A stretch of 26,304 nt of DNA from a virus (IMGVR_UViG_3300022217_000045:1-26304); one strand, 5' to 3'; shown: positions 17,524 to 25,575, numbered from the stretch's first letter. Translations and numbers: made by a program. The notes: a model not told the origin generated them from the letters alone.

Positions 17524-20444
17524 TCACTCTTCCTGCTGCTTTTGAAGCTGCCAACAAAAAGAAACAACAAACTCCATCAACATTAGTACTGCTAGAGACA
17601 AGTGAACTCAAGGCAGAGAAAAAGACTGAAACAGATTGGGGCAACAATGTTGCTGAGAATGAAGTTGACTATACATCAATCCCTGGAAATGTAATACTCA
17701 ACACAACTTTATGGCTAAGCGGAGGACATGGTGGAAATGCATACATTTATAATGTTGAGAGGGATGGAACTCTTATAACTTCATTCCTTACTTCAACATA
17801 TGATGCAGCATCAACGAGTCCTGGAGGGATAGGATATGGCTATGACGATACACTTTGGATAATTGATGCAAATTCAAACAAAGTATATAACGTCACCACT
17901 GCTGGAACATTTATATCATCATTCAGCGTTGCAATATATAATTCTCCATTTGGGCTATCATGTGATCCAAATGGAACATTGTGGATAGTAGATTCATCAA
18001 CAAATATTGTCTATAACTTAACCACAACAGGGTCAGTAATAAGTAGCTTTTCTGTTACTGCTGGAGTCACTGGTCTCTTCGTATCCCCAGCAAGAACATT
18101 ATGGATGTGCGATAAAACAACTAATACTATATACCATAGAGAGAATGATGGAACCCTTATAAATTCTTTTGCAACATCCGTATTTGATGCAAGCGCAACT
18201 AGTGTTGAAGGCATTGGCTTAAGCAATGTAAATACATTGTGGATAGCTGATTCTAATACAAGGAAAATCTACAATGTCACAATAAAAGGTGCACTACTAG
18301 ATAGTTGGCTGAATACAAGCTTTGGCCCATCAGGAACATTAGTTCTTGGATTATCTTGTAGGCCATATTATTCTCTATTTGGCAATATCACAACAGACAA
18401 CCTAGACCTTGGTTCAACTCCTACAGTTCCAGGTGAATGGCAGATTGGTGACTCTAGGGTTGCTGGTGGTGCTTTGTGGGTATCTGATGAATCAACAGAT
18501 AAAATCTACAGCATAACAACTTCAGGTAGATTAAGGGATTTGTTTCCAACATCTGTCTTCGATGCAAGTGCAACTGCACCAAAGGGCATTTCATATGCAC
18601 CTAACGGTACTTTATGGATATGTGATTCTGCTACAGACAAAATATATAATATTGAGCCCGATGGTACTTTAATCACTTCTTTTGCTACATCTGCATTTGA
18701 TGCAAGTGCAATTTTACCAGCGGGTATTAGCTTTTCCTCAGATGGTACTCTTTGGATTTGTGATGTTATAACAAAAAAAATCTATAACGTAACAACAACA
18801 GGGACATTAATTAGTTCATTTTTAACTTCTGTATTTGATGTAAGTGCGACATCTCCAAATGGGATTTCCTATGCCCCTGATGGCACTCTATGGATATCGG
18901 ATATAGTTACTGACAAGATTTACAATGTTACCACTACAGGAACATTAATTTCATCTTTTGCGACGTCAGTATTTGATGCAAGTGCAACACAACCCACGAG
19001 CGTACATTACGCCCCAGATGGCACATTATGGATATGTGATGCTAATACAGATAAAATTTACAATGTTGAATTAGATGGCACATTAATATCTTCTTTTGCC
19101 ACCTCTGTCTTTGATGCAAGTGCAGTAGCACCCCAAGGCGTAAGCTCTTTTCAGATGGGTTCTATTGCTTATGAAGCATGGGGGAGTGCAACTGGAGCTT
19201 TTGCAGGAGAGGAAACCTATCTTGGTGTTATAGAAGATGGCGACGAAATAACACAACTATTCAGGTACTACAGGGTCAAGGCAAGATTATCGTCAAGCAA
19301 TGATAGGGCTGATACGCCAAGGCTGCAAAGCATAGTAGCAAGTTTTGTGACATTTACTAAGCTAACAGACACAAAAGGGCTTGGATATAATGTTACTGTG
19401 TCTGGAGTATCTTCTTTGACTACTAAGATCGATATGTTTAAATCCTCAACTATAGGCGAAATAAGTGTTGATGCTTTTTTTAATCAAGAAATGTCAACAT
19501 ATTTTAGTATCCCTAGAAAAAACAGATTAGTAAAAGTCTTTCAAGGTTTTGCAGGATTGGCAGAATCAGATTACATTAGTTATTATTACGGTATAATAGG
19601 TAATGCCCCAATAAAAACAGATGAAACAATTACCATTACTATTGATGATTATACCGCTACATGGTCAAAGCCAATACCTGCAAAATGGGAGACTGTTGCA
19701 GATGATGTTGAATGGGCTGGCGTTCACCCAATAGACGTGCTCCTTGATATATTCAAAAATCACCTTGATGTGCGTGATAGCTTTATTGACCATGCTGCTT
19801 TTGATACAGTTAGAGCTGCTCACGCTGGATGGATAGTCTCAAGGAAAATAACAGGGAATACTGAAAGGACAGATGTTTTAATTAATGAATTGAGGCAGCT
19901 AATGTCATGCTTCTTAATTCCTCAGCCAGATGGTAAAGTATCAATTAAGCAGTTTGATGCTACAGCAGCAGCAGTTGCCTCAATCAGTGATGATGACTTT
20001 ATAGCAGCACCCGGTCTTTCCTATGACCCTCAATATAGTGAGTTGATCAATAGATTCACAACATATTATGGATGGGATGGCGCTGGAGACGATCTTGAAA
20101 ATTATGCTGGATTAGATGATTACACTAATAGCACATCAGTGACTGCATGGAAAGAGGAAAGATTTGAAGTCGTCAAAGATAAGTGGACAGCATTAGCCAA
20201 CACATCACAAGTCACAGCAAGAAGGACAGTATTGGATGGAATATATGGCAATGCCCCTGTCTTGTTGACTGGCAAGCTTTCTCGCAGGTTAGTGGCTCTT
20301 GAAGCTGGCGACGTAGTTGAGATTACTATTGATCGATATCCAAAAGCTTCAGGCTTTGGAATAACTAATAAGAAATTTCTTTTAATTAAGCGTAATTATA
20401 ACTACAATAAAGGTGATATATCAGTTTCATTTTTAGAACTTTAA
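17520..20444 (+). CDS. tail tip/hub (Tal-position) protein with two five-repeat beta-propellers
   Basis: 974 aa; C-terminal hub-like HPIDVLLDI, DGKVSIK and LEAGDVVEI motifs; repeat blocks about 17706-18365 and 18471-19151. Confidence 0.75.
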   Translation: MITLPAAFEAANKKKQQTPSTLVLLETSELKAEKKTETDWGNNVAENEVDYTSIPGNVILNTTLWLSGGHGGNAYIYNVERDGTLITSFLTSTYDAASTSPGGIGYGYDDTLWIIDANSNKVYNVTTAGTFISSFSVAIYNSPFGLSCDPNGTLWIVDSSTNIVYNLTTTGSVISSFSVTAGVTGLFVSPARTLWMCDKTTNTIYHRENDGTLINSFATSVFDASATSVEGIGLSNVNTLWIADSNTRKIYNVTIKGALLDSWLNTSFGPSGTLVLGLSCRPYYSLFGNITTDNLDLGSTPTVPGEWQIGDSRVAGGALWVSDESTDKIYSITTSGRLRDLFPTSVFDASATAPKGISYAPNGTLWICDSATDKIYNIEPDGTLITSFATSAFDASAILPAGISFSSDGTLWICDVITKKIYNVTTTGTLISSFLTSVFDVSATSPNGISYAPDGTLWISDIVTDKIYNVTTTGTLISSFATSVFDASATQPTSVHYAPDGTLWICDANTDKIYNVELDGTLISSFATSVFDASAVAPQGVSSFQMGSIAYEAWGSATGAFAGEETYLGVIEDGDEITQLFRYYRVKARLSSSNDRADTPRLQSIVASFVTFTKLTDTKGLGYNVTVSGVSSLTTKIDMFKSSTIGEISVDAFFNQEMSTYFSIPRKNRLVKVFQGFAGLAESDYISYYYGIIGNAPIKTDETITITIDDYTATWSKPIPAKWETVADDVEWAGVHPIDVLLDIFKNHLDVRDSFIDHAAFDTVRAAHAGWIVSRKITGNTERTDVLINELRQLMSCFLIPQPDGKVSIKQFDATAAAVASISDDDFIAAPGLSYDPQYSELINRFTTYYGWDGAGDDLENYAGLDDYTNSTSVTAWKEERFEVVKDKWTALANTSQVTARRTVLDGIYGNAPVLLTGKLSRRLVALEAGDVVEITIDRYPKASGFGITNKKFLLIKRNYNYNKGDISVSFLEL
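17706..19151 (+). repeat. two blocks of five propeller-blade repeats
   Basis: Ten (T/A)LW...IYN...G repeats; first block diverged, second close to those in the upstream gene. Confidence 0.88.
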
Positions 20445-20455
20445 TGGAGGTTATT

Positions 20456-20854
20456 ATGAAAAAAATATTAGTATTGTTTATAGTATTACTTACGGGTACA
20501 GCTTATGCGGCAAATACAACGTATATTTTAATGCAGAATAAAAGAACGGTAGGACCAGGTACGACAAAGACTGTTAATAATGCTTATGATTCTTGGGGCT
20601 GCGACGTTTTGACTTTTGGAAATATGAGTGCTGTAACTATACGAATTGAAGGCAATCAAGGTGGTACAATCTTTGACCCCGAAGGGATGCAGACTCATAC
20701 AATGACATTTGCTAATCATTCATCACAATTAAAAGCGGGCATTGGGTCTTTTGAAATTACTTCACATGTTGTTAAACAAATTAGGGGTTATCTTGTGTCA
20801 TTATCGGGAGGTGTAGACCCCAGAGCAACTGTAAGATGTACTGGAAAGGAATAA
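20456..20854 (+). CDS. signal-peptide-bearing beta-rich protein
   Basis: GGAGG RBS favours ATG 20456; MKKILVLFIVLLTGTAYA signal peptide. Confidence 0.7.
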   Translation: MKKILVLFIVLLTGTAYAANTTYILMQNKRTVGPGTTKTVNNAYDSWGCDVLTFGNMSAVTIRIEGNQGGTIFDPEGMQTHTMTFANHSSQLKAGIGSFEITSHVVKQIRGYLVSLSGGVDPRATVRCTGKE

Positions 20855-20855
20855 A

Positions 20856-21338
20856 ATGAAAAAATTATTCATATTAAATATAATATTTTTTATCTGTCTA
20901 ATTGCTACGCCATCATTTGCATTTAATGTTTATGGTGAAGCATGGAAACTTGAAAATCATATTATTAAGCCTGGAGATGGAACCCAAGGAATAGAATTTA
21001 CAAATTTTAGCACTATACGTTTAAATGGTTTAATGGTCGGTTTTAGAAATTTGTCTAGCACGTCAGAAACCATAACAACCGCTGACTATCTCATTACTTG
21101 TCTTGCTAATGATAATGGAGTGACTCTTAATTTGCCGCCTGTCAGTACTAAGTCACAAATAATAAAAGTTAAATATGTCGATTCAGGGTCTACAAATAAA
21201 TGCTATTTAGATGGCAATGCCTCAGAGCAAGTCGAAGGATTTGACGTTTATAGCGGATTAGATACGTTTCGAGAGGGCCGCATATTGGAATCAGACCCTG
21301 CAAGAGCAAGCTGGTGGATAACAGGAGGTTGGCAATGA
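20856..21338 (+). CDS. signal-peptide-bearing tail-fibre-like protein
   Basis: MKKLFILNIIFFICLIATPSFA; C-terminal VTLNLP...IKVK...DGNASEQVEG...WWI domain of a type seen in phage fibre/baseplate proteins. Confidence 0.65.
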   Translation: MKKLFILNIIFFICLIATPSFAFNVYGEAWKLENHIIKPGDGTQGIEFTNFSTIRLNGLMVGFRNLSSTSETITTADYLITCLANDNGVTLNLPPVSTKSQIIKVKYVDSGSTNKCYLDGNASEQVEGFDVYSGLDTFREGRILESDPARASWWITGGWQ

Positions 21339-22759
21339 GATATTTAATTTTACTTTTACTACTACCTGTTTTAGCTTTTGCTGATGCTCCGGCATGGGAA
21401 ACTACGCCGAATGGTACAAAAATGAAAGAACCGATCAAACATGAAGCTGAGTCATTATGGGATACAGAAGTAGGTGAAGTTACTGGACTACATGGAGTTC
21501 ATACCCATGTCTATGGCGCTGAAACATGTACGGTAAATGAAAGAACATCTTCATTTGCTTTAGTATCTACAACATTTAGCATTTATCCATGTACTGTGCA
21601 TATTGATGGCCCTGTTTATGATCTTAATACAACTGTTTTTCCTCAGATAACATCAATTACATTGAAATTTAGTTCTGCATTTGTTGGTGCTACAATGAAC
21701 GGTTACACTCAACAAGATAATTTTTTTACTGATGAGGATTTGGAAACGGTGATACCGTTAGCTAGAATCCAGCAACAAGCAGACGGTACTTTATCGATAA
21801 TTGATCAACGTGATATTATTACCGGAGCTGATAAAAAGAGTCATAAATACAAACGCGGTGCTATTGGTTCTCCTATGAGCTTGGATGGTGGATTGATACC
21901 AGTTGAAACCGGAACCAGAAATATTAATCTTATTGAAGGATCCTTTTATGATGAGGAAGGTGATAGGCATGATTTACCAACGTTCAACTTATTATCAACA
22001 ATACCGCTTTGGCGCACAACAAGCTCTTTTGATTCTTGGACTACAACAGGCAAAGAAGTTTTTCAATTAGATAATGTGTTTTACAATGATGTATCAACTG
22101 GAGGCCTTGTTGCCGCTTTAAATCCTACTAAGTTTATATATCAATTATTAGCTTGCTCTCCAGAAGGCGGAACTGTTAGAGGAGTAGATACCGGGCGGAA
22201 ACCAACATGCTTTGCTATTTATGGCCCCGATGAATATGATAGTCTGGAGGCTGCAAGAACATCTAATGTTGATCTTGGAAGTTTTGCAGAGTCAAAACCT
22301 AGATTGATTATTATTGCTAAAATAATTACAACAAAAAATAATGGCACAATTATTGATGTCTGGGATGAGCGTAGATTTCTCACAACTCCAACAGGCTCTT
22401 CCGTTTCTATACCATCTACAGCATCATTACAAACTACATATAATAATAGCCCAAATGGTGGCATAGCCGAGATAATTACAAATGATGTAAATGAAGCGCT
22501 TACTATTAAGCATGGCGATATTGGGGTTGACCCAAAAACCTTTGAAGTAGAGCTTGATGACGGTACTGATTTATTTGGGGTTTATACTACTCACATTAAC
22601 ATGGCATTTAGTAACGGCACGTCAGTGGTATTTGATAATTGGACTGGCACAGATGAGACAGGTATATTGATTCGTAAAAATGGTGCCGTAAGTAGGGTGT
22701 CTTTAGATTCGGCTGATTCATGCGGTTCTGGATTTCGATGTTTAAGAACAACTAATTAG
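21335..22759 (+). CDS. signal-peptide-bearing tail-fibre/receptor-binding-like protein
   Basis: AGGAGG RBS favours ATG 21335; MRYLILLLLLPVLAFA; C-terminal ADSCGSGFRCLRTTN resembles the ADSGGSGFRxLRVPN end motif of phage fibres. Confidence 0.65.
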   Translation: MRYLILLLLLPVLAFADAPAWETTPNGTKMKEPIKHEAESLWDTEVGEVTGLHGVHTHVYGAETCTVNERTSSFALVSTTFSIYPCTVHIDGPVYDLNTTVFPQITSITLKFSSAFVGATMNGYTQQDNFFTDEDLETVIPLARIQQQADGTLSIIDQRDIITGADKKSHKYKRGAIGSPMSLDGGLIPVETGTRNINLIEGSFYDEEGDRHDLPTFNLLSTIPLWRTTSSFDSWTTTGKEVFQLDNVFYNDVSTGGLVAALNPTKFIYQLLACSPEGGTVRGVDTGRKPTCFAIYGPDEYDSLEAARTSNVDLGSFAESKPRLIIIAKIITTKNNGTIIDVWDERRFLTTPTGSSVSIPSTASLQTTYNNSPNGGIAEIITNDVNEALTIKHGDIGVDPKTFEVELDDGTDLFGVYTTHINMAFSNGTSVVFDNWTGTDETGILIRKNGAVSRVSLDSADSCGSGFRCLRTTN

Positions 22760-22764
22760 AGGAG

Positions 22765-23025
22765 ATGAAATTGAAAAAGTTTATATTGATATTGGTAATT
22801 TTACTGTTTGCAGGTTCGGCAATAGCTGCGGAGATATGTTTTAACGTAACGGCGGCAAATGATACCAGGGCAGGAAAGCAAGCCACACGCAAGGGTATTA
22901 CTAAATCAGAGCTAGCCCGTAGATCGTTACTTAATGCCATGGACTACAATACAGCTATTAGACAGCAAGATGTTTTATTTACACACATGACAGCTATTTG
23001 TAATACGTATGAATGTGACGATTGA
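22765..23025 (+). CDS. small secreted protein
   Basis: MKLKKFILILVILLFAGSAIA signal peptide. Confidence 0.65.
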   Translation: MKLKKFILILVILLFAGSAIAAEICFNVTAANDTRAGKQATRKGITKSELARRSLLNAMDYNTAIRQQDVLFTHMTAICNTYECDD

Positions 23026-23270
23026 TTTATGAGATAATCATGCCAAACATTGACGAGTCTTCTGAAGCAATTGGTTCACTGAGAGCATCAGTTAAAAATA
23101 TCGATAATACTCAAAGAGATATTCTCAAAGAAATTAAGGGAATGCGGGAAGATATCGTTATACAGAAAGTGAATTCTGCACGGAATGCGGGGAAGATGGG
23201 CGTGATAACAGCAATAGGAACCTTTGGATTTTTTGAAGGATTAAAATATTTAATAAAACTCAAATCATGA
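23022..23270 (+). CDS. coiled coil plus C-terminal TM protein (lysis region, holin/XhlA-like)
   Basis: Coiled coil then hydrophobic helix; real start may be ATG 23040. Confidence 0.6.
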   Translation: MIYEIIMPNIDESSEAIGSLRASVKNIDNTQRDILKEIKGMREDIVIQKVNSARNAGKMGVITAIGTFGFFEGLKYLIKLKS

Positions 23271-23449
23271 AAGGGGCTAATATGAGAATTTGGGAATATT
23301 TGAGCGGAAAGAAAACAGTTATTGCAGCTATATTGAAAGCTATAGCAGATGTATTGACTGCAACCGGTTATCAAGAAATTGCACAAGTAGTCGATCAAGC
23401 AGGAAATGCTTTGCTTGCTGTTGGCCTAACACATAAAGCTGTAAAATAG
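23267..23449 (+). CDS. putative small holin
   Basis: GKKTVIAA...LLAVGLTHK pattern; last gene before the terminator; start may be ATG 23282. Confidence 0.55.
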   Translation: MKGANMRIWEYLSGKKTVIAAILKAIADVLTATGYQEIAQVVDQAGNALLAVGLTHKAVK

Positions 23450-23494
23450 TCTCCTTCCTTCCTAGCCAGCCTAATCCACTGGCATCCTCCTAGT

Positions 23495-23520
23495 AGCCGC
23501 CTGAAAAGGCGGCTTTTTTA
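23495..23520 (+). terminator. rho-independent terminator ending the late operon
   Basis: AGCCGCCT-GAAA-AGGCGGCT followed by TTTTTA. Confidence 0.88.
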
Positions 23521-23589
23521 TTTATCTAACACATAAACGAGGAAAAACAACAAACAAATTAAAAGCCCAAAAACAAAAAAAATCTCCAT
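23518..23589 (-). CDS. 23 aa hydrophobic peptide (MEIFFVFGLLICLLFFLVYVLDK)
   Basis: AAGGAGG RBS just upstream of the ATG; single TM helix. Confidence 0.55.
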   Translation of the reverse strand: MEIFFVFGLLICLLFFLVYVLDK

Positions 23590-23618
23590 ATTCCTCCTTG
23601 TTTAAATTTAATACTTAA

Positions 23619-23708
23619 TCAATTCCCCCATTGTTCAGCCATAGCATCAGCGATGCCTTGGTAGGTAATTGATCTTAATTTCCATCTGTCTTTAGACGGC
23701 CCCAGTTT
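23619..23708 (-). pseudogene. C-terminal remnant of a phage DNA cytosine methyltransferase-like gene
   Basis: KLGPSKDRWKLRSITYQGIADAMAEQWGN* matches that family's conserved C-terminus; frame closed upstream at 23733 with no start. Confidence 0.7.
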
Positions 23709-23810
23709 GCACTTTAATAACAGGATGTGATTTCATACCTAGTCTATTAATTGCTGACAACAAAGAATCTACATTGTGTATTAATAACATCTTTTCCCTC
23801 CTTATTTTAC

Positions 23811-24194
23811 TTATGAATTTAATTTGATATCAACTAAATGACTTACTAATTGATTATGTACTTTAGCAATGCAGTTAATATTGGTTATCAAATCATAACC
23901 GTCGGAATCTTCACCTATTCTTTTACCAGTATATATCCAACAACCAATCAAATTATCTTTCATTTTTAAAAAATTATATTCGGTGATTCTTCTTGCTAAC
24001 CAATTATCTTCTAATACCCAATCTTTTTCAATTTGTACTGATGATAAACCTTCATGGATTCCGCCGTTTAAATAATCTCTACTGTTTTTTTGTTTCATGT
24101 CTTTTGCAGGGCCCCGAGAAAAACGAACAAACAGCGTATCTTGACTTTCAGTGATTATTTTTTTTAAATTGCTAATTGTTTTTATTGTTTTCAT
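23811..24194 (-). CDS. DUF6098-like protein
   Basis: LFVRFSRGPAKD...SRD...GLS...WLARRITEY...W...G...GEDSDG pattern; GGGAG RBS. Confidence 0.6.
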   Translation of the reverse strand: MKTIKTISNLKKIITESQDTLFVRFSRGPAKDMKQKNSRDYLNGGIHEGLSSVQIEKDWVLEDNWLARRITEYNFLKMKDNLIGCWIYTGKRIGEDSDGYDLITNINCIAKVHNQLVSHLVDIKLNS

Positions 24195-24223
24195 TTTTTC
24201 TCTCCCTTTTTACTTATATTTAT

Positions 24224-24239
24224 TGCAACCGGCGTGCCA
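24224..24239 (-). promoter_or_regulatory. sigma-54 (RpoN) -24/-12 promoter
   Basis: Minus strand TGGCAC-GCCGG-TTGCA, an exact consensus match, 30 bp upstream of ATG 24194. Confidence 0.85.
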
Positions 24240-24245
24240 AGTCTG

Positions 24246-24258
24246 TAAAGCGTTGATT
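24246..24258 (-). promoter_or_regulatory. IHF binding site
   Basis: Minus strand AATCAA-CGCT-TTA matches WATCAANNNNTTR, just upstream of the -24 box. Confidence 0.65.
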
Positions 24259-24290
24259 TAACAGGCTTTTTTATTTCATATGCAATAAAT

Positions 24291-24425
24291 TGTAAAATAA
24301 CCTGACGCTTTTTTAGGAAAACGTTGATTCTGGGTGTAAAAAATATTGACACCTTTTTTCTCTCAATTTATAAGTGCCTGTTTTTACTAAGTATTTCTAT
24401 TTTGAGGTGTAAAGAAAACTGACTC
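24291..24425. promoter_or_regulatory. three TGTAAA-N6-TGAC sites (putative enhancer-binding-protein UAS)
   Basis: TGTAAAataaccTGACGC (24291), TGTAAAaaatatTGACAC (24335), TGTAAAgaaaacTGACTC (24408). Confidence 0.55.
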
Positions 24426-24464
24426 AACATTGTGATATTAAGAATTAATTCCTAATATCGTTAG

Positions 24465-24686
24465 TTATAATTTGTACTGCCTACAATGCCTTATGACGTT
24501 TAGGCAGTCAGGGCATGTAATACGCTTTCTTGGTTCTTGGCCGGAACTATAGCCCCATTCTTCACAAGCGACACCACAAAGAGTAAATTCTGGATCAAAT
24601 GACAGACCATGTGAACGCTTAAAAAAATTATCGTCTTCCGGTAAACAATCACTTTGTTTATTGTCTTTCGGTTTAAATATATACAT
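24465..24686 (-). CDS. cassette 1 ORF: zinc-binding phage protein (H...TLCG...ITCPDC)
   Basis: ORF track 24465..24698; ATG 24686 or TTG 24698; stop lies within GTTA 24464. Confidence 0.7.
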   Translation of the reverse strand: MYIFKPKDNKQSDCLPEDDNFFKRSHGLSFDPEFTLCGVACEEWGYSSGQEPRKRITCPDCLNVIRHCRQYKL

Positions 24687-24688
24687 AA

Positions 24689-24753
24689 TTATAACCAACC
24701 GTCAGAGCTGGATTGCGGAAACAGCCCCGCAACCACTCAACTCCACGTTAGCG
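24689..24753 (+). repeat. attC-like site 1 (65 bp)
   Basis: TTATAAC-N5-GTCAGAGC...TTGCGG/CCGCAA stem...ACTCAAC-N5-GTTAGCG. Confidence 0.75.
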
Positions 24754-24999
24754 TGCTATCCTCATTTTCCATTCAAAATGCTTTAATAGTCTTTCCCACT
24801 CATTTTTCGGGATAGCAATTGTTTCAGTCCCATGCTTTCTATAATATTGTAATGTGTTTCCTTTTATTGGAGTAGGGATAAGAAATAATTGTTCAATATC
24901 CCCGTTTGGCAGTCCTACCCAATACCTATGCCCTTCAGTTAGTTGTCTCATTTCACTAGGTAGCATTACTTCTCTCCTCTTCTTAATAATCCAGCACAC
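24748..24999 (-). CDS. cassette 2 ORF: hypothetical protein
   Basis: ORF track; AGGAG RBS favours the internal MLPSEM start; stop lies within GTTA 24747. Confidence 0.6.
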   Translation of the reverse strand: MCWIIKKRREVMLPSEMRQLTEGHRYWVGLPNGDIEQLFLIPTPIKGNTLQYYRKHGTETIAIPKNEWERLLKHFEWKMRIAR

Positions 25000-25074
25000 T
25001 AACCAACTAATGCACTCTGACCGCCAACACTCATTTCATTCACTTATGTTGGCAGGTGATCGTCCTTGTTATAA
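24997..25074 (+). repeat. attC-like site 2 (78 bp)
   Basis: CACTAAC-N5-AATGCACT...GCCAACA/TGTTGGC...GGTGATC-N6-GTTATAA. Confidence 0.8.
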
Positions 25075-25266
25075 AGCCTTGTTTTTTATTGATCTCTCTT
25101 TAAGTTCAGCCATTGAATTTGCCTCATAATGGCTTAAAACTATTCGCATTGCATCATCCCATCCTTTTGAATATTCCTCGCTTATTTCCTTGAAAGCCTT
25201 GCAATTACCTATAGAGGCTTTAACCGCTTTTTTTATCATTTCAAGTTTCAATTCAGCTTCCATCAA
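25069..25266 (-). CDS. cassette 3 ORF: hypothetical protein
   Basis: GAGGTG RBS; EYSKGWDDA motif; stop lies within GTTA 25068. Confidence 0.6.
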   Translation of the reverse strand: MMEAELKLEMIKKAVKASIGNCKAFKEISEEYSKGWDDAMRIVLSHYEANSMAELKERSIKNKAL

Positions 25267-25293
25267 TCACCTCTTCTTTAAAGTCATCGGGCT

Positions 25294-25352
25294 TTATAAC
25301 CCGTCGTTCAAAATTCGACCGTTAACACGGCGTTTTAACTCAATCGTTATGT
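25294..25352 (+). repeat. attC-like site 3 (59 bp)
   Basis: TTATAAC-CCGTC-GTTCAAAA...TTTTAAC-TCAATC-GTTATGT; canonical extra base in L''. Confidence 0.85.
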
Positions 25353-25559
25353 GTATTCAAATACAGGCTGATTTCTTTTATTATATCCTTTGAAGTAAAA
25401 AGCCACTGTGACGCCAAATGGTCCTTCAACTTTGTCCTCTGGTCTCACTCTCAAGTCAAGAGGCGGTGTTATTGCCATTTCAAACATTCCTATATATACA
25501 AAATATCCTGAAATATCAACTTCTTTTGTCCATCCGTCTAACATTACTATTGCTTTCAA
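25347..25559 (-). CDS. cassette 4 ORF: hypothetical protein
   Basis: AGGAGG RBS, TTG start; stop lies within GTTA 25346. Confidence 0.65.
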   Translation of the reverse strand: MKAIVMLDGWTKEVDISGYFVYIGMFEMAITPPLDLRVRPEDKVEGPFGVTVAFYFKGYNKRNQPVFEYT

Positions 25560-25575
25560 AATATCCTCCTTTTCC

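Noticed and set aside
16261-19151. Diversity-generating retroelement (template/variable repeat pair)
   Set aside because: All copies are in-frame coding repeats, differences are not confined to adenines of one template copy, and there is no reverse transcriptase in the window
2911-23398. Many - strand ORFs opposite the recombination and structural genes (e.g. 8513..9133, 5470..5823, 14914..15267)
   Set aside because: Antisense shadows of well-supported + strand genes with no recognisable motifs
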